This document shows, in pieces, positions 29,306 through 39,214 of a stretch of DNA of 64,000 nucleotides. Location: positions 90,181 to 154,180 of the forward strand of contig JAJYMC010000062.1 in assembly GCA_021787335.1 (NCBI GenBank). The letters are read 5' to 3'. Below the pieces are notes generated by a model. It made no database searches and was not told the DNA's origin. It saw only the letters and a program-made list of their open reading frames with translations. The position numbers were made by a program, and so were the translations under genes. Position 1 is the first letter of the stretch, and each line of letters opens with the position of its first letter. The DNA is from Bacillota bacterium. GTDB taxonomy: Bacteria > Bacillota > Sulfobacillia > JAJYWN01 > JAJZPE01.

Positions 29306-30730
29306 TCAGCGTTTGGTCGCCCGCTCCCGCCCGGCCAGGTAGATCGGGCGATAGAGGGCCTTGTCCTGGGTCACGCAGCCGGTCTGGCCGCCGTCACGCA
29401 TGATCTGGGTGCACTTGCTGCAGGTCACGCAGGAGCGCTTGGGCTCCAGGCGGCCCTTTTCGAGCAGCTCCCGGGCATACTCGGGATAGGCGAAGGCCTG
29501 CCGGCCCATGCCGGCCAGGGCCACCCAGCCGTGCCTGACGTTGTGGGCGGCGGCCTGTCCGGCGAACTGACGGAGCCAGCTGTAGCCGGAGCCGGCGACG
29601 GGGATCTCGGGCACGGCCCGCTGGATTTCGCGGGCCAGGGTGAAGTGCCGGTTGACGCCGAACAGCGGATGCTCATCAGGGACGTACTGCCCGGCGGTGC
29701 CCTGGTCGTGCGGCCGCGTGACGTGCGGGGCGAAGTACGGGTTGCCCATGGTCACGTTGATGAGGGCCACGCCGGCGTCGCGGAGCAGGCGGGCCAGGCG
29801 CGAAGGCTCGGTCAGATCGGGAGCCGCCGTCGGCCCCGGTGGCGTGTGCGGTCCCGGCCAGGCGGCCAGGTCGCGCGGGGCGGCCGCCGGGTCACCGGTG
29901 AAGCCGTCCATCGCCGCGCCCCAGCCCCAGGGGTGGGGGAGGCCGTCGTAGGCGCCCAGGCGGACGACCACGGTCACCCCGGGCACCTCGGCGCGCACCT
30001 TGCGGACGGTGTTCAGGAGGAAGCGGGTCCGGTTCTCGAAGGAGCCGCCGTAGCGGCCCGGCCGCGTGAAGCCGGCCAGGAGTTCCGAGCCCAGGTAGCG
30101 GTGGCTGGCCTTGAGGTCCACCGCCGTGAACCCGGCCCGGCGGGCCAGGCGGGCGGCCTCGACGTAGGCGTCCTCGAGGGCCTCCAGCTCGCCGTCGGTG
30201 ATGACCGGGTAGTCCGGCCCGATCTTCGCCACCGGGTCCAGGTACGGACAGTGGTGCGAGATGACCGGGCGCGGGACGTCGATGGGCCGGCTGTAGCGGC
30301 CCGAATGGACGAGCTGGATGACCGTGAACGGCTGGTGGTCAGGCCCCATGGCCGCGCGGGCGGCGGCGACGGCCTCCTCGCGCAGGCGGGCGAAGTCCTC
30401 CCAGTTGTCCCGGTGGATCCAGAGCTGGCGCGGGTTGGCCCGGCCCATCCGCTCGACGGCCACGGCCTCGAACCAGAGCAGCCCGGACCCGCCCTGGGCG
30501 AAACGCACGTAACGCCGACGGGTCAGGTCCCCGGGGCGGCCGTCGGCGCTGCCGTCGCAACCTTCCATGGGCAGCACGCCCAGACGGTTGGGGATGGTGT
30601 GCCCCCCGGCGACGAGCGGTTCGCCCAGGCAGGAGACGTCGTCGTCGAAGCCAATCTCCAGGCCTCGCCGGGCGACGTCCTCCTTGAGGGCGTCAAGGTT
30701 CCGGTACGCGAAGGCATTCGGCTGCGGCAT
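29306..30730 (-). CDS. NADH:flavin oxidoreductase (Old Yellow Enzyme family)
   Basis: PNRLGVLPMEGCD, QLVHSGR, YGGSFENRTRF, C-terminal CVTCSKC...GC. Confidence 0.9.
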   Translation of the reverse strand: MPQPNAFAYRNLDALKEDVARRGLEIGFDDDVSCLGEPLVAGGHTIPNRLGVLPMEGCDGSADGRPGDLTRRRYVRFAQGGSGLLWFEAVAVERMGRANPRQLWIHRDNWEDFARLREEAVAAARAAMGPDHQPFTVIQLVHSGRYSRPIDVPRPVISHHCPYLDPVAKIGPDYPVITDGELEALEDAYVEAARLARRAGFTAVDLKASHRYLGSELLAGFTRPGRYGGSFENRTRFLLNTVRKVRAEVPGVTVVVRLGAYDGLPHPWGWGAAMDGFTGDPAAAPRDLAAWPGPHTPPGPTAAPDLTEPSRLARLLRDAGVALINVTMGNPYFAPHVTRPHDQGTAGQYVPDEHPLFGVNRHFTLAREIQRAVPEIPVAGSGYSWLRQFAGQAAAHNVRHGWVALAGMGRQAFAYPEYARELLEKGRLEPKRSCVTCSKCTQIMRDGGQTGCVTQDKALYRPIYLAGRERATKR

Positions 30731-30934
30731 CGGCTCAACTCCTCGTTGGAAAAAGTCGCCGCCAAGTTAAGAATAGATCAACGTCGCCGCAACCGTCTTG
30801 ACGTAAAACGAGGAGCCGTTCGCGTTTTCGGCGGCCGGCCGGCAGGGGCCGCCGCTTCCTTGAACGAAACCCAAGGCAGATTAAGCGAATTCGGGGCCGA
30901 ACTGACTCGCGGTCGAACGAGGGGCGTCGACGAC

Positions 30935-31798
30935 ATGGGGCCGGTCTACATCGACTACAAGCTGTCCCCGTACGGCATCATCCTGCAGGAGAGCCGCCAT
31001 TCGCGGGACTTCCGCATGGTCGAGCACTACCACGACATCTATCAGGTCTTCTACGTCCTCGGGGGCGAGGGGGCCTGCCGTCTGGGCGGGGTCGAGCACA
31101 GGCTGGGCGCGGACACCGCGGTCCTCGTCGGCAGCGGGACGCCGCACCTCCTCATCGACCGGCCCGATGATCCGCTGTTCCTGTTCGTCCTGGCCTTCAG
31201 CGCCGACGCCGTCCGCTACCACCCCGAGCACACGCAACTGCTGAGCGCCTTCGCCGGGCGGACGACCGTGGTCGGTCCGGGCGAACCGGCCCTGGCCGCG
31301 GTCAAGGAAGGTCTCCGCCGCATCCTCTATGAGCAGTCGTCGCGCCGCCCGGGGTATCCTATCGCCATCCGGGCCGAGCTGCTGTCCATTCTGCTCCAGC
31401 TCTACCGGCTGACCCTGCCCGAGGATGGGCGGGCTCTCGTCGGTGGGGTCGACCCGGCCGACCGACCGGTCTATGAGGTCAAGCGCTATCTGGACCAGCA
31501 TTACTACGAGCCCTTACGGGTCGAGGCCATGGCCCGCCTGGCCCACCTGAGCCCGCGGCAGCTCGGCGAACGTTTCCGCCGCCTGACCGGCCGCACCCTC
31601 ATCCAGTACCTCACCGCCGTCCGGGTCGAGCAGGCCAAGCACATCCTGAGGACGACAGACGAAGAGATCATCGCCGTCTGCTTCGAGGTCGGCTACGACA
31701 ACCTATCGCACTTCTACCGGGTCTTCAAGAAGAGCACCGGCCTGACCCCGAAGCGGTTCCGCCAGGAGAGACAGGAGGCCGGACCCATTGAGCCATGA
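30935..31798 (+). CDS. AraC-family regulator with a cupin sensor domain
   Basis: EHYHDIYQ cupin; C-terminal VGYDNLSHFYRVFKKSTGLTP. Confidence 0.9.
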   Translation: MGPVYIDYKLSPYGIILQESRHSRDFRMVEHYHDIYQVFYVLGGEGACRLGGVEHRLGADTAVLVGSGTPHLLIDRPDDPLFLFVLAFSADAVRYHPEHTQLLSAFAGRTTVVGPGEPALAAVKEGLRRILYEQSSRRPGYPIAIRAELLSILLQLYRLTLPEDGRALVGGVDPADRPVYEVKRYLDQHYYEPLRVEAMARLAHLSPRQLGERFRRLTGRTLIQYLTAVRVEQAKHILRTTDEEIIAVCFEVGYDNLSHFYRVFKKSTGLTPKRFRQERQEAGPIEP

Positions 31799-32372
31799 TC
31801 CCGCCGGCGGTACGCCCTTCCGCGCGGGCGTGCCCCTCCGCGACGGCCTGCCCTTCCGCGTCGGCGTCATCTCCGACACCCACGTCCCACGGCGCGCCAA
31901 GGTCATCCCCGATTGGGTCTTCGAGGCCTTCGAGGGCGTCGACCTCATCCTCCACGCCGGCGACCTGACGACCCTTGACGTCCTGGACGAACTGGCCCGC
32001 CTGGCCCCGGTCGAGGCCGTGGCCGGGAACGTGGACCTGATGGGCGGCGGGGGCGCGGCCGCCCTGCCGCGGCGGCGAGTCGTCGATGTGGCCGGCGTGC
32101 GCATCGGGCTCATCCACGGGGACGAGGGACCCGGCCGGAGCACACCGGAGCGGGCCAGGCTCGCCTTCGCGAACGCCACGCGGGCCGTCGTCTTCGGCCA
32201 TAGCCACCAGCCCTTCAACGAACTCATCGAGGGGGTTCTCATGTTCAACCCCGGTTCGGCCACCGACCCGCGAACGGCCGGCGAACCATCGGTGGGCATC
32301 CTGACCATCAGACCGGACCGCGACCCGCCCGTGGACGGCGAGCTCGTCCACCGCCCGCGGAAGTTATGGTGA
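31788..32372 (+). CDS. YfcE-family metallophosphoesterase
   Basis: SDTH, HAGD, AGNVD, IHG, GHSH, FNPGS. Confidence 0.9.
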   Translation: MSHDPAGGTPFRAGVPLRDGLPFRVGVISDTHVPRRAKVIPDWVFEAFEGVDLILHAGDLTTLDVLDELARLAPVEAVAGNVDLMGGGGAAALPRRRVVDVAGVRIGLIHGDEGPGRSTPERARLAFANATRAVVFGHSHQPFNELIEGVLMFNPGSATDPRTAGEPSVGILTIRPDRDPPVDGELVHRPRKLW

Positions 32373-32379
32373 CGGACAC

Positions 32380-32414
32380 GAAGGACCTCCGGAACAGATC
32401 TCCGGAGGTCCTTC
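32380..32414. terminator. Bidirectional terminator
   Basis: 14-bp inverted repeat GAAGGACCTCCGGA/TCCGGAGGTCCTTC. Confidence 0.75.
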
Positions 32415-32441
32415 ATGCGTCCCTCTATGCCCGGCCGCTCA

Positions 32442-34655
32442 TCAGGGAATGGCCCGGATCGTCCTTACCAGCGCGGCCGCGGCTTCGGCCCGGGTCACCG
32501 GCTGGTTCCCGGCGAAGGTCCGGCCGTCGCCGGTGACCACGCCGAGGCCCCAGGCGATGGCGACGTAGCCGAGAGAGGCTGGAGCGATGCTCACGGCGTC
32601 AGCGTAGGGCACCCGGTAGATGCCCTCAACGCGGGCCGCGCGGTCAAGGTCGAGGAAGCGGACCATCAGCTTGGCCAGCGTCTCACGGGTGACGGCGGCC
32701 GCCGGGGCCAGGTCGCCGGTGATCCAGCCGCGCTGCTTGGCCTGGGCGATGACCTCGTCATCGGTCAGGTCGGACTGCTGCAGCCCATCCTTGGCCATCA
32801 GCATGGCCCGCAGGAGAGAGGCGGCGCCAATCTTCTCAGCCGGGTGGAAGGAGCCACCGTATTCCCCGAACAGCCCGGCCCGGCCGAGGAGGCCGATCTC
32901 GTACTCGGCGAAGGTGCCCTTGATGTCGTCGAACCGGCGGGCCCGCGGCTGCTTGGCCAGCGACTTCCCCTGGCCGTCGAGGAACTCGCCGGTCTTGGCG
33001 TCGAGCACCGTCGAGGACGGAATGGCCGGGTCACCGTTGGGCTGATAGACCAGACGCCCTTCACCGGACCCGTCCCGCCGCATGACCTGGACATAGGTCA
33101 TGGTCAGCGGCCGGGCGGCCAGGAAGGCCTCGTTCACCTGGGCCGCCGTCAGGAGGCCCTCAGCCTTCGGGAACTCATAGTCGGCCCAGTTGAGGGTGAA
33201 GCCGGTGACCCTCTGGGAAACGGCGTCGACGGTGATCCTCAGGCCGTTGGCCGGGAAGGGGATGCCGTCAACCATCCGCTGATAGGCGAAATACTGCTGG
33301 CGCGGCTTGGCCTCTTCCTTGGTCGGGGTCGCCGGTGGTTGGTCCGACGTGAGCCGGGTCTGCTTGAACTTCTCCGGCTGGACCTTGTTCAGGAAATCCT
33401 CGGCCAGCTTTTTCGCGCCATCCCGGTCGAGGACCGTCTCGGCTCCCGGATCGGTCATGAAGCCAAGGCTGAAACCGATGAGCTCCCCGGTGACCGCGTT
33501 GACCTCGGCGCTGAGGTAGCTGGCCTGGCCACGGGTCGGCTCATCGTTGTTCCAGCTAAGGCTCCACATCCGGAGGTTCGGATAAACCCAATGATTCGCC
33601 AGGCTGTATCCTCGAAGGGTCAGGTCGGCCGGGATGCCCACCCATTTCTCGACCGCGGCGATAGCCTCGTCGCGGGTGATGAGCTTGGCCGTCTTCTCGA
33701 TCTCGGCCAATTCCTCAGGGGTCAGGGGGGTGGGCTGGCTGGCCATGAGGTAGGCGGTCCGCGCCCCCATTCCAGGCGGGACAATACCGTCGGCCCCGCC
33801 CATCCCGAACCACATGTCGCTCTGGAGAACCACCGGCTGGCCGGTGAAGGCGTCGATGACCCCGCCGGACCGGTGGGTGAGCGAGTAAACCAGGCTGACC
33901 TCGGTCTTCTTGCCGGCCTTCAGCGGGATGAATTGTCCGGGGGCGAAGTACTGGAGTTCGAACATGCCGGTCTGGTCAAAGGCCTCGCGGGCCTTGGCCG
34001 GTGTGATGATGCCGGTGGCGGCCGGGTAGGCCGGGCGGCTCCAGTCCAGTCGATAACTCATGATGGTACCATCGTCGGCGCTGACCCCGACGGTCACCCC
34101 GTCAGCGACCACGGGCGTCCCGTCGATGAAGCGCCGCCAGTGGACGCTGTAGACCACGGGGCCGTATGAACTGAGCGGGACGAGCTGATTGCCGCCAGGG
34201 ACCAGGCGCAGGACCTTGACCCGGTCGGGGAGGAGCCGGTCGACCAGGTCCGTGGCGACCTCCTCGGCCGCCGCCAGGGAGATGGTCGGCAGCCTCGGTC
34301 CGGGCTTCGAGTCTGGGCGCCAAAGGTTGACGCTGACGATGTCGCCGGTCGTGGCGTCGACCTCGGCGTAGAGGCGGCCGGCGTTGGGGTCGGTGCTGTC
34401 CCAGGTCATGGTCCAGGTGGGCCGGTTGCCCCAGGAGTTGAAGCCGGAGCTGAACCGGCTGAGTTCTTTGGGGATGGTGAAGTTGTCCTTGACCGCGCGG
34501 ATGGCCTCTTCGAGGGACTTCTGCTGGGCCGCCGGCTCGCCGGGCGCGGCCTGGGGGAGGCCGCCGGCCAGGGCCAGGGCGGGAGTGGGGAGAAGGGCTA
34601 GCAGGAGCAGGACCGCCAGGGCCCTCTTCAGTGAACGCTGCAGGGTTGCGGACAT
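32442..34655 (-). CDS. Secreted YcdB/YcdC (PepSY-like) protein with C-terminal SLH domains
   Basis: Signal peptide, repeated AEVDATTG/IDAFTG/LDAKTG, SLH motifs FDDIKG and VTRAEAA. Confidence 0.85.
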   Translation of the reverse strand: MSATLQRSLKRALAVLLLLALLPTPALALAGGLPQAAPGEPAAQQKSLEEAIRAVKDNFTIPKELSRFSSGFNSWGNRPTWTMTWDSTDPNAGRLYAEVDATTGDIVSVNLWRPDSKPGPRLPTISLAAAEEVATDLVDRLLPDRVKVLRLVPGGNQLVPLSSYGPVVYSVHWRRFIDGTPVVADGVTVGVSADDGTIMSYRLDWSRPAYPAATGIITPAKAREAFDQTGMFELQYFAPGQFIPLKAGKKTEVSLVYSLTHRSGGVIDAFTGQPVVLQSDMWFGMGGADGIVPPGMGARTAYLMASQPTPLTPEELAEIEKTAKLITRDEAIAAVEKWVGIPADLTLRGYSLANHWVYPNLRMWSLSWNNDEPTRGQASYLSAEVNAVTGELIGFSLGFMTDPGAETVLDRDGAKKLAEDFLNKVQPEKFKQTRLTSDQPPATPTKEEAKPRQQYFAYQRMVDGIPFPANGLRITVDAVSQRVTGFTLNWADYEFPKAEGLLTAAQVNEAFLAARPLTMTYVQVMRRDGSGEGRLVYQPNGDPAIPSSTVLDAKTGEFLDGQGKSLAKQPRARRFDDIKGTFAEYEIGLLGRAGLFGEYGGSFHPAEKIGAASLLRAMLMAKDGLQQSDLTDDEVIAQAKQRGWITGDLAPAAAVTRETLAKLMVRFLDLDRAARVEGIYRVPYADAVSIAPASLGYVAIAWGLGVVTGDGRTFAGNQPVTRAEAAAALVRTIRAIP

Positions 34656-34705
34656 CGGCGCACCGTCCTTTCGGGTGGAGCGGAACGGACTCGTCGCGCC
34701 ATTAA

Positions 34706-34732
34706 AGACGGTCGCCGGAGGGAATTAGTTCC
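34706..34732 (-). promoter_or_regulatory. ECF sigma-type promoter
   Basis: GGAAC-N17-CGTCT. Confidence 0.55.
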
Positions 34733-34782
34733 TTGGCGGTTCAAGCTGGGCGGGATGGGCTCGGTCGGACTGGTGAAGAACG

Positions 34783-34806
34783 AAAGCCGCCCACCAGGGC
34801 GGCTTT
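34783..34806 (-). terminator. Intrinsic terminator
   Basis: AAAGCCGCCC-ACCA-GGGCGGCTTT. Confidence 0.7.
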
Positions 34807-34852
34807 AGTTAAGCTGTTGCTATCGAAAGTCTGGCGGCGCCGGCCCCTCGCT

Positions 34853-35812
34853 TCAGTACAGCGAACTACCCTCCGGCCCGCCCGAGGCGATATAGCGCCG
34901 CGGGTCGGCGAAGTCGCGGTCGGAGGAGGAGACGAAGGTCTCCAGGTCGATGATCTGAAAGCCGGCCGAGAACAGCGGGCGAAGGGCGGGATGGGGGCCG
35001 GGGACGGCCAGATAGAGGCCATGCCCCGCGGCCCGCGCCCAGCGGCACGTCGCGAAGACGCAGGCCGCGGAATCTCTCACCGTGGCCGACCCGATGGGCC
35101 CCAGGATGGCCAGCCCAGGCCCCTTACGGCCGTGGCGGCGCAGGCTCATGAAGGCGTAGCCGATGGTCCTGCCCCGGCGGGTCAGCCAGACGGGGCGGGC
35201 GTCGGTCTGATCGAGCCAGTAGGCCACGTCCCGCGAGCGTTCGCGGCCGCCGATGCGGGCGTCCCAGCGGGCGAGACGGGCCATCGTCCGCCGGTCGGAC
35301 GGGTCGGCCTCGACCACCTGCACGTCCGGAACGGGCAACTCGTCGAGCCGCGGCTCGGGCGCCTGGAGCTGGAAGTTGGGCCAGCGTGGGAGCATGCCCG
35401 ATTGGATGTAGAGAGACAGTGCCCGGGGGTCCTTGGAACTCAGGGCGCAGCGCACACCGCGGCCGCGCGGCGGCATGGCCCGCCGCAGCAGGGTTCGGCC
35501 GAGCCCGGCGGACTGCCGGCCGCGCCGGACGAACAGCTCGGCCAGGTAGGTCACGTCGCCGCGGGTGATGGCGGCCGTGAACCCGGCGATGCCTTCCTCG
35601 TCCTCGGCCACCCAGACCCGCCCGGTCTCGAGTTCATGCCGGAAGATGGGCGGGACCGGGATGTCGGGCATCTCGGTCCGCGGGCCATGGTCGGCGTCCC
35701 AGTAGACCCGCCACAGCTCGGGCAGGTCCGCGGGCTTGGCTCGGCGCAACCGGTACTTCACTTCCTCTGGCTCGGACGACTTCTTGTCTCTTAGCTCGGA
35801 CGGCTTTCTCAA
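34853..35812 (-). CDS. GNAT acetyltransferase
   Basis: LAELFV..QSAGLGRTLL; ALSLY. Confidence 0.8.
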   Translation of the reverse strand: MRKPSELRDKKSSEPEEVKYRLRRAKPADLPELWRVYWDADHGPRTEMPDIPVPPIFRHELETGRVWVAEDEEGIAGFTAAITRGDVTYLAELFVRRGRQSAGLGRTLLRRAMPPRGRGVRCALSSKDPRALSLYIQSGMLPRWPNFQLQAPEPRLDELPVPDVQVVEADPSDRRTMARLARWDARIGGRERSRDVAYWLDQTDARPVWLTRRGRTIGYAFMSLRRHGRKGPGLAILGPIGSATVRDSAACVFATCRWARAAGHGLYLAVPGPHPALRPLFSAGFQIIDLETFVSSSDRDFADPRRYIASGGPEGSSLY

Positions 35813-36552
35813 GGGCTCCTCCTGACCGCGGTGACCAGCGGATAGTCTTCGTCCAGGGCCAGGTCCGACAGCTCCCAGCGCGAGACCTCCAGGTCGAAAC
35901 CGGCCTCGCGCATGGCGGCGAGCATGTCGTCCAGGTTGTAGAGCCCGTTCAGGTGGGTGTCGGCCTCGATGGTCAGTCTTCCCCGGTCGCGGATGAGGAA
36001 GACGAAGGTCTTCTCAAACCACGTGTCCGAGGGGTCCGCGTCGAAGTCGGCCTCGATGGTGGTCACGGCGATGTCGCCGCGGACGCGCGTGTCAACGTCC
36101 GTCCGGTGCTGCTTGAAACGCGTGCGGAGTTCCTCCGGGGGGGTGACCATGGGACCGCCGGGACGCAGGTGGGCCGCGGCCGTGCGGTAGGCGGCGGTCA
36201 GGTCGGACAGCGAGGTCAGGTAGGCCGACGCGTCGTGGAGGAGCACGGCGTCGAAGGTTCGGCCGAGCCGCACGTCGCGGATGTCACCCCGGAGGTATTC
36301 GACGTCCGGGTTGATGCTCTTGGCGTAGTCGACCATCGCCTGGCTGAGCTCCACTCCGGTCACCCGGTAGTGGCGTTTGAGGTGGAAGTCGATACTGCCG
36401 CCGCCGCTGCCCAGGTGCAGGACGCTCGCGCCGGCCCGCACGCCGTGGCCCGCGAAGCGCTTTTGGAAGCTGGCGACCTCCTCCTCGTAGTCCTCCGGCG
36501 GACTGACGAAGGGCCAGATCCAGACGAGATCGGAGTAGAGACGTTCGGTCAT
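35809..36552 (-). CDS. Class I SAM-dependent methyltransferase
   Basis: VLHLGSGGG, GDIRDVRLGRTFDAV. Confidence 0.9.
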   Translation of the reverse strand: MTERLYSDLVWIWPFVSPPEDYEEEVASFQKRFAGHGVRAGASVLHLGSGGGSIDFHLKRHYRVTGVELSQAMVDYAKSINPDVEYLRGDIRDVRLGRTFDAVLLHDASAYLTSLSDLTAAYRTAAAHLRPGGPMVTPPEELRTRFKQHRTDVDTRVRGDIAVTTIEADFDADPSDTWFEKTFVFLIRDRGRLTIEADTHLNGLYNLDDMLAAMREAGFDLEVSRWELSDLALDEDYPLVTAVRRSP

Positions 36553-36581
36553 GGGTTCAACCTCCAAGTGTGGGCCCCGGG

Positions 36582-37547
36582 TCAGGGCGGGTCAAGGACG
36601 GTCAACCGTCCGGCGGCGAAGTCCAGCAGGATACGGTCGGAGCGAAAAGCTACATTCCCGAAGATGCTGTCCACCTGGCCGGCCGTCTGGACGTCAAGCG
36701 TGTCAACCAAAGGCGTGGCCCAAAGCGTCTGGAAGTCCAGGGTCAGTTCGCCGGTCCGGTAGGTCATCTCCCGCGGTAGTCCGTACAGGTCCACGTCATC
36801 GGGACCTGACCGAAGACCGCGGAGACGACGGGTGGCCCCCGTCTTGGCATCGCTCCCGGTGATTTCCCTGAACGTGTCCATTCCAACCACTAGGTCGAGC
36901 GCCGACGAACCCGTGTCGAACAGGGCGTTCAGGGGGCGCTCGCCCTCCAAGGTCAGCACGGGCAGCATATCCGCGACCATGCGAAACGGGGCGCTTTTCC
37001 CACGCACCCTTGGCGGCTTTGAAAAAGCGGCGATCTTGCCGCGTTCGAAATCGATGTAAAGAGATGCCCCCTTGAAGAGGTCGTTGCCCAGGGTACCGAC
37101 CATGAAATCGGGTAGCTCAATCACGCGACCGGTCTCGTCAGTGAAGTGGCCCTGTGGTGGGTCCAGGTTGCCCCAGTCCTCAAGATCGGTGGTCACTTCC
37201 CGGCGGTAATCGCCCAGCGAGAATGTGACCTTTGCCACGGTTCGCGGGGAAGTCGCGGTTCCGACGGGTACGGGTGTATACTTGACGCCCAAGCGGTCGA
37301 GGGCCGCCCGGTTGAGGAGAGTATTCCCGCGCCCAGTATCGAGTTGAAACAGAGCCTCCTTGTCGCCTACCCTGACCGGCAAGAACAGGGCATGCCGTTC
37401 AACGGTCCCGTTGTCCGAGGTGCCCGTGTCCCAGTTGACCCAGGTGATGTCGACCAGCTTCGACTCGTCGATGGTGACCGGCTTAGCACAGCCGCCGGCG
37501 GTCAGGAGGACGGTCAGGACCAGGGCGACGGTCAGTCGTCCCTTCAC
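36582..37547 (-). CDS. Lipoprotein retropepsin-like aspartyl protease with two DTG domains
   Basis: Lipobox-like AGGC; FQLDTG, ALFDTG, GTLG. Confidence 0.75.
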   Translation of the reverse strand: MKGRLTVALVLTVLLTAGGCAKPVTIDESKLVDITWVNWDTGTSDNGTVERHALFLPVRVGDKEALFQLDTGRGNTLLNRAALDRLGVKYTPVPVGTATSPRTVAKVTFSLGDYRREVTTDLEDWGNLDPPQGHFTDETGRVIELPDFMVGTLGNDLFKGASLYIDFERGKIAAFSKPPRVRGKSAPFRMVADMLPVLTLEGERPLNALFDTGSSALDLVVGMDTFREITGSDAKTGATRRLRGLRSGPDDVDLYGLPREMTYRTGELTLDFQTLWATPLVDTLDVQTAGQVDSIFGNVAFRSDRILLDFAAGRLTVLDPP

Positions 37548-37753
37548 CTTGTCCACCTCCAGATGAGCGGCGGGTTTCACCCGATACCCCGCCCCCTACT
37601 CGGGAATTCCACTGCCAGATGGGAAAGACCTGCCAAGGGGTCAGCCCGGTGTCGCCAGGGGCGGGTCAGAGAAGGAAGAAGATGTCAGAAGGCGAACTGA
37701 TTGTCGAAAGGGGCCGAACTGGCTGACAAACGTCTGGTGGAGGGGGTGCGGTC

Positions 37754-38890
37754 ATGGACAAGGCCGTGTTCGTGCTGGGGGTGCTTCACGACCTCCATGC
37801 TCGATCCGAGGGTTACACCTACTGGCACCTGCTCAAGCTGCTCGACGCCTACGCGCCTGACTTGGTGTGCCTGGAGATCGGCCCGGAACGCCTCGCGGCC
37901 GGGGACTTCCGCCGGGAATCGCCGGAGAAATGGGGCATCGGCTTACCTTGGGCGGTCGCAAAGGGCGTCTCGGTGGCCGGGGTTGACGGCGACGGTGACC
38001 CGAAGCATTTTGAGCGGTACAAGCTGGCCTGGGCGCAGTTCGCCCGGGATGTCGGGGATACCGAGAAGGTTCTCAAGGAACTCGAGGAGAGGGCTATGCG
38101 GCTGCTCGAGGCCGCCGGCGGCTGGGATGAACTGGTGCGGACATATGAGAAGGCCAACAGCCGGCGGACCCAGGAGGTCTTCCGTCAGACGCACGAACTC
38201 GCCGAGGCCACCCTGGGGCGGTATGGCAACGGTGAGCTGACCGACTCTTGGAGACAACGAAACGACACGATGCTCAGGCGGACCCTGGCCGCCATGGCTG
38301 AACATGGTGCGCACCGGGCCATCGTCCTGGTGGGGGCTGAGCACAAGTACGCTTTGGATGCGCTTTTCGGCGACCGCCCGGACCTGAAAGTGCTGCAGCT
38401 CTCCGACTTCCTCGACGCCCCCGTCGTCCTCACGGAAGCCGAGCGGGAGGCGTTCAAACGCGGAGAGGCGCCCATCACCTATCCTTCCGACCTGATGTTC
38501 GTCCACCGAAAGCTTCACGGAGGGGAGCCGGGTTCGTACTCCCAGACTCTTCCGCCCGAGCCTAACCGATTGGACCTCTCAGGGGTTCCCGAGCGGATTG
38601 ACGCGGCCCTGGCCCAACGCCCTGACGACCCGGATTGGCTCTACTACCGTGGGCTGTACCGGTACTGCCGGGGGGAATACCATAACGCCATTCGGGATTT
38701 TGAAGCCGTCGCGGCCGATCACGAAGCCAAGTTCTGTGTCTCCGCTGGACTCTGGGAACTGGGTGAGATGCGGCGAGGCCAGATGCTCGACCTTCTCGGA
38801 GGGCGAGACGCGGCCATCAAGTCCTATCAGCGGGTCCTCCACGATGGCTCCGGTCTGTTCGCGGATCAGGTCAGGCAGCTGATGCGCTAA
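37754..38890 (+). CDS. Putative TraB/EreA-like metal hydrolase with a C-terminal TPR
   Basis: LGVLH, PDLVCLE, RNDTM, VGAEH; TPR-like LYYRGL..GEYHNAI. Confidence 0.6.
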   Translation: MDKAVFVLGVLHDLHARSEGYTYWHLLKLLDAYAPDLVCLEIGPERLAAGDFRRESPEKWGIGLPWAVAKGVSVAGVDGDGDPKHFERYKLAWAQFARDVGDTEKVLKELEERAMRLLEAAGGWDELVRTYEKANSRRTQEVFRQTHELAEATLGRYGNGELTDSWRQRNDTMLRRTLAAMAEHGAHRAIVLVGAEHKYALDALFGDRPDLKVLQLSDFLDAPVVLTEAEREAFKRGEAPITYPSDLMFVHRKLHGGEPGSYSQTLPPEPNRLDLSGVPERIDAALAQRPDDPDWLYYRGLYRYCRGEYHNAIRDFEAVAADHEAKFCVSAGLWELGEMRRGQMLDLLGGRDAAIKSYQRVLHDGSGLFADQVRQLMR

Positions 38891-39085
38891 GTCTCCGGCC
38901 TGCCCGAGGCGCTTTGGCTCATGAAAGTTAACAATTCGAGGCGTCCAGGTTTTGGACGCCTGAGTCGGGCGAATTCGCGCCGGCCGGCCTCGCGGCCCAC
39001 CAAACCCCAGCCCAGCTGGGGTTTTCCGTACTCTCTCGAGCCCCTCTTGACGGGGTCTGGGAACGCCCCTCAGAGCCGGCTAGAT

Positions 39086-39115
39086 TTGACAAGATGGGGC
39101 CCGGAGGGCTACGAT
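39086..39115 (+). promoter_or_regulatory. sigma70 promoter for the fliD-like gene
   Basis: TTGACA-N18-TACGAT. Confidence 0.5.
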
Positions 39116-39214
39116 TTGCGTAAGGCTTCAATGATGATGCCCGGAGTCCTCGGCCAAAGGCCACCAGAGTGGCCGCGGCCGAGCTGGCCCGCGCCATGAG
39201 GAGGAGGATGAGGA

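Noticed and set aside
29294..30934. 834-aa AraC with a huge N-terminal extension
   Set aside because: The extension is the shadow of the OYE gene; the real start is 30935.
38939..39024. Two hairpins upstream of the fliD-like gene as a structured ncRNA
   Set aside because: They are adequately explained as terminators of the upstream gene and match no consensus I recognise.
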